A DNA stretch of 63,060 nt, filler included, from Nemertoderma westbladi (lineage: Eukaryota; Animalia; Xenacoelomorpha), in assembly GCA_032718475.1 (NCBI GenBank). It is 4 parts of 4 records of this genome, joined end to end, with 100 filler letters (N's around TTAATTAATTAA, not from the genome) between each part and the next. Parts side by side here need not be neighbours in the genome. Positions count along the whole stretch, not along the records: positions 1 to 19,146 come from JAUCBJ010004010.1; positions 19,247 to 50,098 come from JAUCBJ010000931.1; 2 more parts are not named here. The stretch is one strand, 5' to 3'. The position numbers and the translations under genes were made by a program. Numbering within the stretch: position 1 is the stretch's first letter; each line of letters begins with the position of its first letter. Shown one piece after another: positions 14,601 through 27,779 of this stretch. Under the pieces are notes generated by a model. That model saw only the letters and a list, made by a program, of their open reading frames with translations, was not told the origin of the DNA and ran no database searches.

Positions 14601-17290
14601 CGGTATCTGATACCTGAATAATAGAGAGAGTTTCGTTGTATGGTTCAACAACGGTAGCTGATACCAGAATAATAGAGTGAGTTTCGTTGTATGGTTCAAC
14701 AACAGTATCTGATACCTGAACAATAGAAAGAGTTTCGTTGCATGGTTCAACAACGGTAGCTGATACCTGAATAATCGACCTTGTATGGTTTAACAACGGT
14801 ATCTGATACCTGAATAATAGAGAGAGTTTCGTTGCATGGTTCAACAACGGTAGCTGATACCTGAATAATCGACCTTGTATGGTTTAACAACGGTATCTGA
14901 TACCTGAATAATAGAGAGAGTTTTGTTGTATGGTTCAACAACGGTAGCTGATACCAGAATAATAGAGTGAGTTTCGTTGTATGGTTCAACAACAGTATCT
15001 GATACCTGAACAATAGAAAGAGTTTCGTTGCATGGTTCAACAACGGTAGCTGATACCTGAATAATCGACCTTGTATGGTTTAACAACGGTATCTGATACC
15101 TGAATAATAGAGAGAGTTTCGTTGCATGGTTCAACAACGGTAGCTGATACCTGAATAATCGACCTTGTATGGTTCAACAACAGTATCTGATACCAGAATA
15201 CTAGAGAGAGTTTCGTTGTATGGTTCAACAACGGTATCTGATACCTGAATAATCGACCTTGTATGGTTCAACAACAGTATCTGATACCAGAATACTAGAG
15301 AGAGTTTCGTTGTATGGTTCAACAACGGTATCTGATACCTGAATAATGTAGAGAGTTTCGTTGTATGGTTCAACAGCGGTAGCTGATACCTGAACAATAG
15401 AAAGAGTTTCGTTGTATGGTTCAACAACGGTATCTGATACCTGAACAATAGAAAGAGTTTCGTTGTATGGTTCAACAACGGTATCTGATACCTGAATAAT
15501 AGAGAGAGTTTCGTTGTATGGTTCAACAACAGTATCTGATACCTGAATAATGTAGAGAGTTTCGTTGTATGGTTCAACAACGGTATCTGATACCTGAATA
15601 ATAGAGAGAGTTTCGTTGTATGGTTCAACAGCGGTAGCTGATACCTGAATAATAGAAAGAGTTTCGTTGTATGGTTCAACAACGGTATCTGATACCTGAA
15701 TAATAGAGAGAGTTTCGTTGTATGGTTCAACAAGGGTATCTGATACCTGAATAATGTAGAGAGTTTCGTTGTATGGTTCAACAACGGTATCTGATACCTG
15801 AATAATAGAGAGAGTTTCGTTGTATGGTTCAACAGCGGTAGCTGATACCTGAATAATAGAGAGAGTTTCGTTGTATGGTTCAACAGCGGTAGCGGATACC
15901 TAAATAATAGAGAGAGTTTCGTTGTATGGTTCAACAACGGTATCTGATACCTGAATAATCGACATTTTATGGTTCAACAACAGTATCTGACACCAGAATA
16001 ATAGAGAGAGTTTCGTTGTATGGTTCAACAACGGTATCTGATACCTGAATAATGGAGAGAGTTTCGTTGTATGGTTCAACAACGGTATCTGATACCTGAA
16101 TAATAGAGAGAGTTTCGTTGTATGGTTCAACAACGGTATCTGATACCTGAATAATAGAGAGAGTTTCGTTGTATGGTTCAACAACGGTATCTGATACCTG
16201 AATAATGTAGAGAGTTTCGTTGTATGGTTCAACAACGGTATCTGATACCTGAATAATAGAGAGAGTTTCGTTGTATGGTTCAACAGCGGTAGCTGATACC
16301 TGAATAATAGAGAGAGTTTCGTTGTATGGTTCAACAACAGTATCTGATACCTGAATAATGTAGAGAGTTTCGTTGTATGGTTCAACAACGGTATCTGATA
16401 CCTGAATAATAGAGAGAGTTTCGTTGTATGGTTCAACAGCGGTAGCTGATACCTGAATAATAGAGAGAGTTTCGTTGTATGGTTCAACAACAGTATCTGA
16501 TACCTGAATAATCGACCTTGTATGGTTCAACAACGGTATCTGATACCTGAATAATGTAGAGAGTTTCGTTGTATGGTTCAACAACGGTATCTGATACCTG
16601 AATAATAGAGAGAGTTTCGTTGTATGGTTCAACAGCGGTAGCTGATACCTGAATAATAGAGAGAGTTTCGTTGTATGGTTCAACAGCGGTAGCGGATACC
16701 TAAATAATAGAGAGAGTTTCGTTGTATGGTTCAACAACGGTATCTGATACCTGAATAATCGACATTTTATGGTTCAACAACAGTATCTGACACCAGAATA
16801 ATAGAGAGAGTTTCGTTGTATGGTTCAACAACGGTATCTGATACCTGAATAATGGAGAGAGTTTCGTTGTATGGTTCAACAACGGTATCTGATACCTGAA
16901 TAATAGAGAGAGTTTCGTTGTATGGTTCAACAACGGTATCTGATACCTGAATAATAGAGAGAGTTTCGTTGTATGGTTTAACAACGGTATCTGATACCTG
17001 AATAATAGAGAGAGTTTTGTTGTATGGTTCAACAACGGTATCTGATACCTGAATAATCGACATTTTATGGTTCAACAACAGTATCTGATACCAGAATAAT
17101 AGAGAGAGTTTCGTTGTATGGTTCAACAACGGTATCTGATACCTGAATAATAGAGAGAGTGTCATTGTATGGTTCAACAACGGTATCTGATACCTGAATA
17201 ATAGAGAGAGTTTCGTTGTATGGTTCAACAACGGTAGCTGATACCTGAATAATAGAGAGAGTTTCGTTGTATGGTTCAACAACAGTATCT
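2691..17290 (-). repeat. ~14.6-kb tandem array of about 300 units (51-bp main unit; 42/43/50-bp variants) derived from the beta-tubulin exon start and its splice acceptor
   Basis: Minus-strand unit GTATCAGATACTGTTGTTGAACCATACAACGAAACTCTCTCTATTATTCAG versus true exon start GTATCAGATACTGTTGTTGAACCATACAACGCAACTCTCTCTGTTCACCAA. Copy number is estimated from length divided by unit size. Confidence 0.97.
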
Positions 17291-17700
17291 TTATGATCAT
17301 GTAAGTTCACGATGAATCAAATTCTACAAATATATTATCTGGCTCGGCTACATAAAGAAAGTGGGACCACACATGAGATTGTGTGAGTAATGAAGTCCCA
17401 GATGGTCAGATGTTCATATCAAATATAATGTGTTGTTATTGATATTGCAGTCCGATACGGTAATGAATGTGGATATAAAACTTTTTTAATAATTAAGCTG
17501 GCAACAGGATTATAGCCAGCAGGGACCTCTCACAAATAGTGTGTTAGCTCTTCTAGAAAGTTATTTCATATTTAGATTAAACCTAAAAATAAAAATAAAA
17601 ATATTACAATTTACAAGTACACATCTTGGATGATGATGATATTACGTCTAACCGTAAGTATTCATACAAATATTACTCAATATAATATTATGAAGCCTAC

Positions 17701-18122
17701 CTTGGGCGAAGGGACGACTGAGAATGAACACTGAATTCTGTCGGGGTATTCCTCTTTTAATTTGTTGATTATCAATGTCCCTAAGCCGGAACCAGTCCCA
17801 CCACCTAGGGAATGAACCATCTGTAATCCTTGGAGACAGTCGCACCCCTCAGCTTCCTTTCTAATAAGATCCAGTATGGAGTCACACAGTTCAGCCCCCT
17901 CAGTGTAATGTCCTTTAGCCCAATTATTTGCCGCCCCAGTCTTTCCGAATATGAAGTTATCCGGTCGGAAGAGCTTACCATAGCTGGTGCCTCTAACTTG
18001 GTCCATGACCCCGCACTCAAGGTCCGCCATTATAGCTCTGGGGACGTATTTACCCTGGCTTGCATGGTTGTAAAAGACATTAATTCTTTCCAGCTGAAGA
18101 TCTGATTCCCCTTTATAAAAAC
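17701..18122 (-). CDS. TUBB: Beta-tubulin, internal exon (approx. residues G34-K174), divergent isotype
   Basis: Acceptor atttttag| before 18122 and donor AAG|GTAGGC at 17700. Translates (G)[18 protein letters not shown]...[26 protein letters not shown]...[12 protein letters not shown]...FSVVPSPK. 422 nt fits 141 tubulin residues. The 5' exons were not found in the window. Confidence 0.95.
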
Positions 18123-19146
18123 CTAAAAATAATAATTAACAGATAATAATTTAATACAAAGCAAAAGTCTCGACTGCTGACTGTTAGCGAATCTAATCTG
18201 CTGCACACCACCCAGTGAGAAAATGGGTTACTGTGATTTACGAATCACAGTTAAGTGTGCAATATTATTCCCAATATAATAATGCATACCAAGAGGGAAC
18301 ACAGGGCAATATAATGCCAGCTTGGAGATAGATACCAACATATATCAGGGGGAAGCTAGCATAGGGCCAGAGGAAATAGGGAGTGGCGAATAGAAAACCA
18401 AGCAATGGCGGGACAGTATATGTCCAATTAACGTGTATCTATTGGTAGGTTAACATGTAGGTAGGAATGTATAAGCTTTCTAAGCAATGTGTATAAAACC
18501 TTTACTCAATATTAATTATGTTCAGTTGGCTATTAATTACTGTGGAGGTCAGACGGTTTTGACCATTGTCATAGTCGTCACCGGCAGTGCTATATACTGA
18601 TTGTGTTGTATTTACCAGTAATTATATATATCAGCTATTATTAACAACGATAATATTATAAACTGCTTTATTATACCGGCCTTCAGCCTTTCAGCCTTTT
18701 GTGGTAACTGCGACGCGGCGAAGCGTACGAAACACGACACAACACACATCGGTTGGGATCCTATGCCAACTCAGATCCCGACACACTGACTTATGGTGTT
18801 ATGCAAGATTTAGTTGTTATTTTCAAATAATTTTAGAATTTTCGAAAAAATGATTTCACTATTTCGAGGATATTGTGAGCGGATTCAATTCCGCCTCACC
18901 AACCCCATAAAGTTGGGAAGTGGCGTTTTACACAATATTGGGGAATACGAGGTTAATCATAATTAACCTCATATCACCCCCAATAACGGGGACAACATAT
19001 AGCCCCAAAGAGCACACAAAAGAAGTCAGAGGTCAAGCTACCTCGAGAGGGGAAGTAACAGCAGCGGGGGGGGGGGGGGGGGGGGGGGGGGGGGAAGCAC
19101 TCCCACAGAGGTGGAGGCGAGAATTAGTCCATCAGCAAATAGGAGC

Positions 19147-19246
19147 NNNNNNNNNNNNNNNNNNNNNNNNNNNNNNNNNNNNNNNNNNNNTTAATTAATT
19201 AANNNNNNNNNNNNNNNNNNNNNNNNNNNNNNNNNNNNNNNNNNNN
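19147..19246. other. Artificial assembly linker
   Basis: N44-TTAATTAATTAA-N44; the 12-mer places stop codons in all six frames. Confidence 0.98.
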
Positions 19247-19675
19247 CTTATTATAACGTTATCTTGGCAGATCCCATACGGTTTACTACATAATACTATC
19301 ATCAATACAATAGAGTAGTACTCAAGCTAATAGTATAAGCTGTCAGGGGTACTTTTTTGTGGTTTCAGTACAATTGGAATGGGACTTTTTCGTATCGCAA
19401 TGCCATGATATCGAATTGTTGATGAATCGTTAATTTAATGTTGAACATCCAATGATGTGTTATGTTATGTAAAATATCTATTAGAAATATATGTAGCTCT
19501 CTTATTTTCAGATTTGAATTGTAATTATTGGTTTGCAATACCTGTAGTTGTATTGCGTTAGAACCTATAAAGGGAATTATTATTTCGCACTTTGAATATT
19601 ATTAGGCTTTTGTTTTTGAATCATGTTGGATTTGTGCAATGTCCATTCCTCTGGAGCTGTTATTATTTTTCCACA

Positions 19676-19997
19676 ATGAATTCAACCAATTATCTTATGA
19701 ACATATTCAAACTAACGATATTACTACACGTGTTCGGCAATCAATTCGTTTACTCTCAGTGTCAGGGTCCCTTTGAAAACACGAATATATCAAAATCACA
19801 ACAAACAGAAAGAGACTTTTTGTTAACATTCTATAAGGAAACTCGTGGTCCTAATTGGTCAATCAATAGTGATAATAAGTGGACCAACCAATCACACCAT
19901 TGCTGCTGGTTCGGTATTACCTGCAATGATAAACAACGGGTAACTGCCATGCGTTTAGTAAACTTCAATCTGGATGGAATCCTGCCAACGTTTACAG
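19676..19997 (+). CDS. LRR/Cys-rich/multipass membrane protein, paralog A, exon 1 (signal peptide and plant-type LRR N-cap)
   Basis: ATG at 19676 (start uncertain), hydrophobic leader, then FLLTFYKETRGPNW...W...CCWFGITC...RVTAMRL...LDGILP. Phase-1 donor ACAG|GTAAGT. Confidence 0.85.
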
Positions 19998-20341
19998 GTA
20001 AGTTTGTGTTAAATCTTAAGAGCTAATCTTCCAAATATATATGTTATATTATGTATCGAATAATTAATACGTTATATAATAATTTTATGCGAGTGAGAAT
20101 GACATGTTTTGTTGTTATATAAATTTAATTTACCATAATATGTATAAATTGCCGATTGTGAGTGTAAGTTCAATGCTACATCATATGTAAAACTCAAACC
20201 ACAGGATCTTCTACGTCTTCATAGCTCCCCCCCCCCCCGCCCCCTCCTGAGAGTAATAATGTCACGTTCGTGGGGCCGTCGCGTTGTTTTTTGGACGGAT
20301 CCATCATGGATGTCCTTATTTCTCACGTGTGTTTGTTTTTG

Positions 20342-23300
20342 TCATACTTAGGCCTGTGGGAACTCTTCTAACCTTCTTTCAACTCTTTATCATACTTAGC
20401 CCTGTGGGAACCCTTCTAGCCTGCTCCCAACTCTTTATCATACTTAGGCCTGTGGGAACCCTTCTAGCCTACTTTCAACTCTTTATCATACTTAGGCCTG
20501 TGGGAACCCTTCTAGCCTGCTTTCAACTCTTTATCATACTTAGGCCTGTGGGAATCCTTCTAGCCTGCTTTCAACTCTTTATCATACTTAGGCCTGTGGG
20601 AACCCTTCTAGCCTGCTTTCAACTCTTTATCATACTTAGCCCTGTGGGAACTCTTCTAACCTTCTTTCAACTCTTTATCATACTTAGCCCTGTGGGAACC
20701 CTTCTAGCCTGCTTTCAACTCTTTATCATACTTAGGCCTGTGGGAACCCTTCTAACCTGCTTTCAACTCTTTATCATACTTAGGCCTGTGGGAACCCTTC
20801 TAGCCTGCTTTCAACTCTTTATCATACTTAGGCCTGTGGGAACCCTTCTACCCTGCTTTCAACTCTTTATCATACTTAGGCCTGTGGGAACTCTTCTAAC
20901 CTTCTTTCAACTCTTTATCATACTTAGCCCTGTGGGAACCCTTCTAGCCTGCTTTCAACTCTTTATCATACTTAGGCCTGTGGGAACCCTTCTAGCCTGC
21001 TTTCAACTCTTTATCATACTTAGGCCTGTGGGAACCCTTCTAACCTGCTTTCAACTCTTTATCATACTTAGGCCTGTGGGAACCCTTCTAGCCTGCTTTC
21101 AACTCTTTATCATACTTAGGCCTGTGGGAACCCTTCTACCCTGCTTTCAACTCTTTATCATACTTAGGCCTGTGGGAACTCTTCTAACCTGCTTTCAACT
21201 CTTTATCATACTTAGCCCTGTGGGAACCCTTCTAGCCTGCTTTCAACTCTTTATCATACTTAGGCCTGTGGGAACCCTTCTAGCCTGCTTTCAACTCTTT
21301 ATCATACTTAGGCCTGTGGGAACCCTTCTACCCTGCTCCCAACTCTTTATCATACTTAGGCCTGTGGGAACCCTTCTAGCCTGCTTTCAACTCTTTATCA
21401 TACTTAGGCCTGTGGGAACCCTTCTAGCCTGCTTTCAACTCTTTATTATACTTAGGCCTATGGGAACCCTTCTAACCTGCTCCCAACTCTTTCTCATACT
21501 TAGGCCTGTGGGAACTCTTTTAACCTGCTTTCAACTCTTTATCATACTTAGGCCTGTGGGGACCCTTCTAACCTGCTCCCAACTCTTTATCATACTTAGG
21601 CCTGTGGGAACCCTTCTAACCTGTTTCAACTCTTTATCATACTTAGGCCTGTGGGAACTCTTTTAACCTGCTTTCAACTCTTTATCATACTTAGGCCTGT
21701 GGGAACCCTTCTAACCTGCTTTAACTCTTTATCATCCTTAGGCCTGTGGGAACCCTTCTAGCCTGCTTTCAACTCTTTATCATACTTAGGCCTGTGGGAA
21801 ACCCTTCTAGCCTGCTTTCAACTCTTTATCATACTTAGGCCTGTGGGAAACCTTCTAACCTGTTTCAACTCTTTATCATACTTAGGCCTGTGGGAACTCT
21901 TTTAACCTGCTTTCAACTCTTTATCATACTTAGGCCTGTGGGAACCCTTCTAACCTGCTTTCAACTCTTTATCATACTTAGGCCTGTGGGAACTCTTCTA
22001 ACCTTCTTTCAACTCTTTATCATACTTAGGCCTGTGGGAACCCTTCTAACCTGCTTTCAACTCTTTATCATCCTTAGGCCTGTGGGAAGTGGGAACCCTT
22101 CTAGCCTGCTTTCAACTCTTTATCATACTTAGGCCTGTGGGAACCCTTCTAGCCTGCTTTCAACTCTTTATCATACTTAGGCCTGTAGGAAACCTTCTAA
22201 CCTGTTTCAACTCTTTATCATACTTAGGCCTGTGGGAACTCTTTTAACCTGCTTTCAACTCTTTATCATACTTAGGCCTGTGGGAACCCTTCTACCCTGC
22301 TCCCAACTCTTTATCATACTTAGGCCTGTGGGAACCCTTCTAGCCTGCTTTCAACTCTTTATCATACTTAGGCCTGTGGGAATCCTTCTAGCCTGCTTTC
22401 AACTCTTTATCATACTTAGGCCTGTGGGAACTCTTCTAACCTTCTTTCAACTCTTTATCATACTTAGGCCTGGGGAACACTTCTACCCTGCTCCCAACTC
22501 TTTATCATACTTAGGCCTGTGGGAACCCTTCTACCCTGCTCCCAACTCTTTATCATACTTAGGCCTGTGGGAACCCTTCTAGCCTGCTTTCAACTCTTTA
22601 TCATACTTAGGCCTGTGGGAATCCTTCTAGCCTGCTTTCAACTCTTTATCATACTTAGGCCTGTGGGAACTCTTCTAACCTTCTTTCAACTCTTTATCAT
22701 ACTTAGGCCTGGGGAACACTTCTACCCTGCTCCCAACTCTTTATCATACTTAGGCCTGTGGGAACTCTTCTAACCTTCTTTCAACTCTTTATCATACTTA
22801 GGCCTGGGGAACCCTTCTACCCTGCTCCCAACTCTTTATCATACTTAGGCCTGTGGGAACCCTTCTAGCCTGCTTTCAACTCTTTATCATACTTAGGCCT
22901 GTGGGAATCCTTCTAGCCTGCTTTCAACTCTTTATCATACTTAGGCCTGTGGGAACTCTTCTAACCTTCTTTCAACTCTTTATCATACTTAGGCCTGTGG
23001 AAACCCTTCTAGCCTGCTTTCAACTCTTTATCATACTTAGGCCTGTGGGAACTCTTCTAACCTTCTTTCAACTCTTTATCATACTTAGGCCTGGGGAACA
23101 CTTCTAGCCTGCTCCCAACTCTTTATCATACTTAGGCCTGTGGGAAACCTTCTAACCTGTTTCAACTCTTTATCATACTTAGGCCTGTGGGAACTCTTTC
23201 AACCTGCTTTCAACTCTTTATCATACTTAGGCCTGTGGGAACCCTTCTAACCTGCTTTCAACTCTTTATCATACTTAGGCATGTGGAAACCCTTCTAGCC

Positions 23301-24308
23301 TGCTTTCAACTCTTTATCATACTTAGGCCTGTGGGAACTCTTCTAACCTTCTTTCAACTCTTTATCATACTTAGGCCAGTGGAAATCCTTCTAGCCTGCT
23401 TTCAACTATTTATCATACAGTACTTACTTAGGCCTGCGGAACACTTCTAGCCTGCTCCCAACTCTTTATCATACTTAGGCCTGTGGGAACCCTTCTACCC
23501 TGCTTTCAACTCTTTATTATACTTAGGCCTGTGGGAACCCTTCTACCCTGCTTTCAACTCTTTATTATACTTAGGCCTGTGGGAACCCTTCTGCCCTGCT
23601 TTCAACTCTTTATTATACTTAGGCCTGTGGGAACCTTTCTAGCCTGCTTTCAACTCTTTATCATACTTAGCCCTGTGGGAACCCTTCTAGCCTACTTTCA
23701 ACTCTTTATCATACTTAGCCCTGTGGGAACCCTTCTAGCCTGCTTTCAACTATTTATCATACTTAGGCCTGTGGGAACCCTTCTACCATGCTTTCAACTC
23801 TTTATTATACTTAGGCCTGTGGGAACCCTTCTAGCCTGCTTTCAACTCTTTATCATACTTAGGCCTGTGGGAATCCTTCTAACCTGCTTTCAACTCTTTA
23901 TTATACTTAGGCCTGTGGGACCCTTCTACCATGCTTTCACTCTTTATCATACTTAGGCCTGTGGAACCCTTCTACCATGCTTTCAACTCTTTATTATACT
24001 TAGGCCTGTGGGACCCTTCTACCATGCTTTCACTCTTTATTATACTTAGGCCTGTGGGAACCCTTCTAACCTGCTTTCAACTCTTTATTATACTTAGGCC
24101 TGTGGGACCCTTCTACCATGCTTTCACTCTTTATCATACTTAGGCCTATGGAACCCTTCTACCATGCTTTCAACTCTTTATTATACTTAGCCCTGTGGGA
24201 ACCCTTCTAACCTGCTTTCAACTCTTTATTATACTTATAAGCCTGTGTGAACCCGTTTAGGCCATCATCCCTGTAGACTTCTCCTAGCTTGCTTTCAACT
24301 CTTTATCA
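20342..24308. repeat. 48-bp minisatellite, about 80 copies, in intron 1 of paralog A
   Basis: Unit tcatacttaggcctgtgggaacccttctagcctgctttcaactcttta, with point and 1-nt indel variants. Confidence 0.97.
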
Positions 24309-24698
24309 TATATCCCCATTTGGGGCGTCATGTGGCACTTCAAGGCGATATGCTTGCTTACTCCTTTCCTCTTCATTATTGTGTTGGGGTATGACGAGTG
24401 TTTGTTTTGATTGACCACTATAATATACATGGGGTATAAATTATTATTTAATTAATAGCAATGTTTACCATTATTATTACTATTTATTATAATTCAGTTA
24501 AACGTATATTATATTTTGAATCTGTTGCGAGATATACTTTATCGTGATAAAATATTGTGCTTTTATCTTTTATATTACTTGTGCACCTGTGCGGTGATAA
24601 AGATCTTAGAAGAAGCTAATGATAGCGCATTGAATATTTATAAGTTTATATAATTATATATAATATAAAAATATTAACCAATACTATTACTGTTTTAG

Positions 24699-27174
24699 GA
24701 ATGGAATTCCTTCGAATATTTATCCTTCGACATAATTATTTGAAAGGATCATTGGATGGATTTTTCCAATCTGACATCAATTTATCTAAGATCGAAAACT
24801 TTGAAGTGAGCTTTAACACCCTAAACGGTACAATCACTACCGAAAACATGAAAGCTATGGTTAACCTTCGAATCTTCAGAATCAGCACAAATTACGGTTT
24901 AGGGGGAGATATCTTGCCGGCGATTTGTTCGCTAAATAAACTCGTAATATTTAGCGCAGGACAGACAAATATTTCGGGATCAATGCCAGATTGTCTAGGT
25001 AACCTTACCCAACTAAGTTTCTTAGACGTCGAATACTGCCAAAACATCAAAGGAAGGATACCGCATTCAATCTCCGAACTATCAAACATAGTTAGAATTC
25101 ATCTGTCCCACTCAAATTTTGATGGTCATTTGCCTCTTGACTTCGGCCAAAATTTCAAACATTTGATAGATTTAAAACTCTCCAACAACAAATTTATAGG
25201 TGAGTTTCCAAAGGCTATTAGTAACGCCAGTGTACTTCAGGTTTTCGATATTTCGAACAATTCTTTCAATGGCAGATGCCCCAGTTTAATCAATTTGTCT
25301 AAATTGGTTCATTTCAAGGCTTCATCAAATAGATTCACGTCGTTTCCTATTCTTCCTCGACTTGTTCAAAACATAGAATATTCGGATAATCCATTGGGAT
25401 CAACCGCTGACTTCCAAGCCTACATAGCTGGCTTGCAAAATCACATATCTATACGAATATTTGACTTCCACAACTGCGGATTGGGTGGAATCATTCCACC
25501 TGAGGTAATGCGTCTTGGCGATCAAGGTGTAATGAAACTTATTTTGAATGACAATAATTTTATTGGCGAGATCCCGGAGCCACTGACCATGATGTATCTA
25601 ACAAGTATCGACTTACGAAATAACAATTTGAGCGGAATGTTGCCAACTAAAATCAATAACTGCCAATCTTTGAAGACCTTGGATATTCGCGGCAACCCCA
25701 ATATGTTCATTGGGGCTTTAGATAAAGCGAGTTATTTCTTCGACTACACTGGCCAATCGCACATACCGGATCGCAACTGCACCTGTCCTTCTCTCAAACT
25801 TCTTAAACAGCATGGAGACGGCAGCCAGATACTTACAGATCCTTCATTTTATAATTTTGAGGGCTGCAGATGCGTCAGTGGTACTTTTGGCTCCTGGGGC
25901 CTTTGTTTATCCTGTATTCCAGGTGGAATTTGTCATGGAAACGCAGTAAATAGCACAGTCCGCGTTCCTACGAATTCTTGGGGATACCCTAACAGAGCTA
26001 ACGTCACTAAACTGATAGAATGTGGCTACCGAAATAGTGGTTACATTACGGCTTGTAATCCCAACGGAACAGCAGAATGCTTTCTTCATTGGCGTGACAG
26101 CCGCTTCAGTGAATACGAAATTCGGTGCGGGTCTGAGGGGATGTGCCGTGAGAACATGACCGGCCACATGTGTCAACAATGCATCAATTCATCGTTATAC
26201 AAAGATGGTAATGAATGTTTGCCATGCGAGGCCACTGCTGGTATGAACCGTACAGCTCTCTCTGTAGCTGCCGTGGTTATATTTGTCATTTTCGCTCTCC
26301 TTGTATTCGTTAACCCATTGATTACTAAAAATAGTGGCAATTTAAGAGTGGCATGTCGAAGGCTCCACTTGACAAATCTAAAAATGGGAGTATCGGAATT
26401 TATTCTAATCGCTGTTCAGTTTGGCTTGTGCGTTTTCGCACTACGGAGTTTCTGGACTTTTAGCCTTTCTGTGGTTATTCTTACACTTTCGCTCGGTAGA
26501 GGTAAATCCAATTACCTCGGTATTGCCAAGTCGTTTATCTTTTACTCCCAAACGCTGGGGTTATTGATGGCCAGCGACTTATCTGTCGTAATACCGGGCT
26601 ACGACGCTATTACATCCGCTGCAAGATCGCTGTCCTTCGGATTTAGAGGTCTCCAATGCTTTCTACAGAATTTACAGAGCGAATCAACGAAAATTTCGTT
26701 GTTAGTTTCACTGCCTTACATCGCAATTGGGATATTGCTTGTTTTTTTTATACTGTTTGTCATTTGTAAGCGATATTTGATCCCCGCAAGCCTTCAGATG
26801 CCCAGCATCGCATATGGAATAAAAGATCACTATCCTTTGTATTCCAACAAATATTGTCTCCCCATAATCAACGCGCTCACTGACAGTGAATTATTACTAT
26901 TACACAATCTTGGGGGTTTAGTTTTGTCCATGTCTGGAATGGTGTATTTTCCAATCGCTTTGAGGGGACTGAAGGGAATTCACCCGGCTGTATTGAGTAA
27001 CTCTACCGGTTCGAACGACTACTATATGAAGCATTACCCCTCCATTCGCACGGGTACCTGGGAACATTATGCCATACTTGTTCCATCTGCGATATGTTGC
27101 GTACATTGGCATCTATTCATCTTAATAACTTGGCGATTGATTCGTGTCTACAAGGCCAAATACAACCATATCAA
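24699..27174 (+). CDS. Paralog A, exon 2 (LRRs, Cys-rich region, ~7 TM segments)
   Basis: Acceptor tgttttag|GA ATG is in phase with exon 1. Contains LxxLxLxxNxF/LxGxIP-type repeats, many CxC/CxxC motifs and hydrophobic segments. Phase-2 donor AA|GTAAGT overlaps the apparent stop codon. Confidence 0.92.
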
Positions 27175-27468
27175 GTAAGTACACACATACGGTGAGTGCT
27201 CACCATTGTATGCACTTACCACAATAATATACTATTACGTGATTCGTTGTTGTGAATCGTAAAATCTTTTGTGAACAGTGATCAGGTGTTTTCCGCATTA
27301 TCACTGCAGGAATATTAGCCAGATCGTGCGGGCAAAATAATTGTTTCATTAGCTAGTTTACAGTCTCAACTGTGTGTTCACAGCTAGTCTCAAACGTGTA
27401 ATTAGTTATATGTATATTAACACCAACATACAACATATTATTATTATAACTTTTCGTAGGGCACAGCT

Positions 27469-27557
27469 TTTGCAAAGTCGGCAATGACGTCCAGGTGGGA
27501 TCGAACTGGTGACCTCCGGGTTGGAAGTCTGACGCTTAACCATTCAGCTAGCGCCTC
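27469..27557 (-). mobile_element. tRNA-derived SINE-like head
   Basis: Minus strand reads GAGGCGCTAGCTGAATGGTTAAGCGTCAGACTTCCAACCCGGAGGTCACCAGTTCGATCCCACCTGG, with A-box and B-box-like motifs but a poor acceptor stem. A second copy lies nearby. Confidence 0.7.
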
Positions 27558-27779
27558 TTGTAAAATATAGACCGGTGGAAATTCTATCTGATACCTTGTA
27601 TGTCTGCAAATTACCTCATCATGGCCTCCCATCTGTCAATACCATCATCTGCTGCCACTGTGCTCAACCCTACCGTACTTGGCCGTATTAAACCACTCGC
27701 TACAATGAAAGGGTAGTGTATATTAACCATGAACCATCACGGCCACAATGATTAATTATACACTCTAGCTACTCGGACT

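Noticed and set aside
2567-17310. Dozens of ORFs (MLNHTTK.../[17 protein letters not shown]) as separate genes
   Set aside because: They are by-products of stop-free repeat units, mostly with non-ATG starts, and they switch frame at 43/50-nt units.
19191-19202. TTAATTAATTAA as a biological motif
   Set aside because: It is identical in the centre of all three N runs, so it is an artificial six-frame-stop linker.
20284-24143. Hydrophobic repeat ORFs as membrane proteins
   Set aside because: They are translations of the 48-bp minisatellite, broken by indels. Exons 1 and 2 join in phase around it, and paralog B lacks it.
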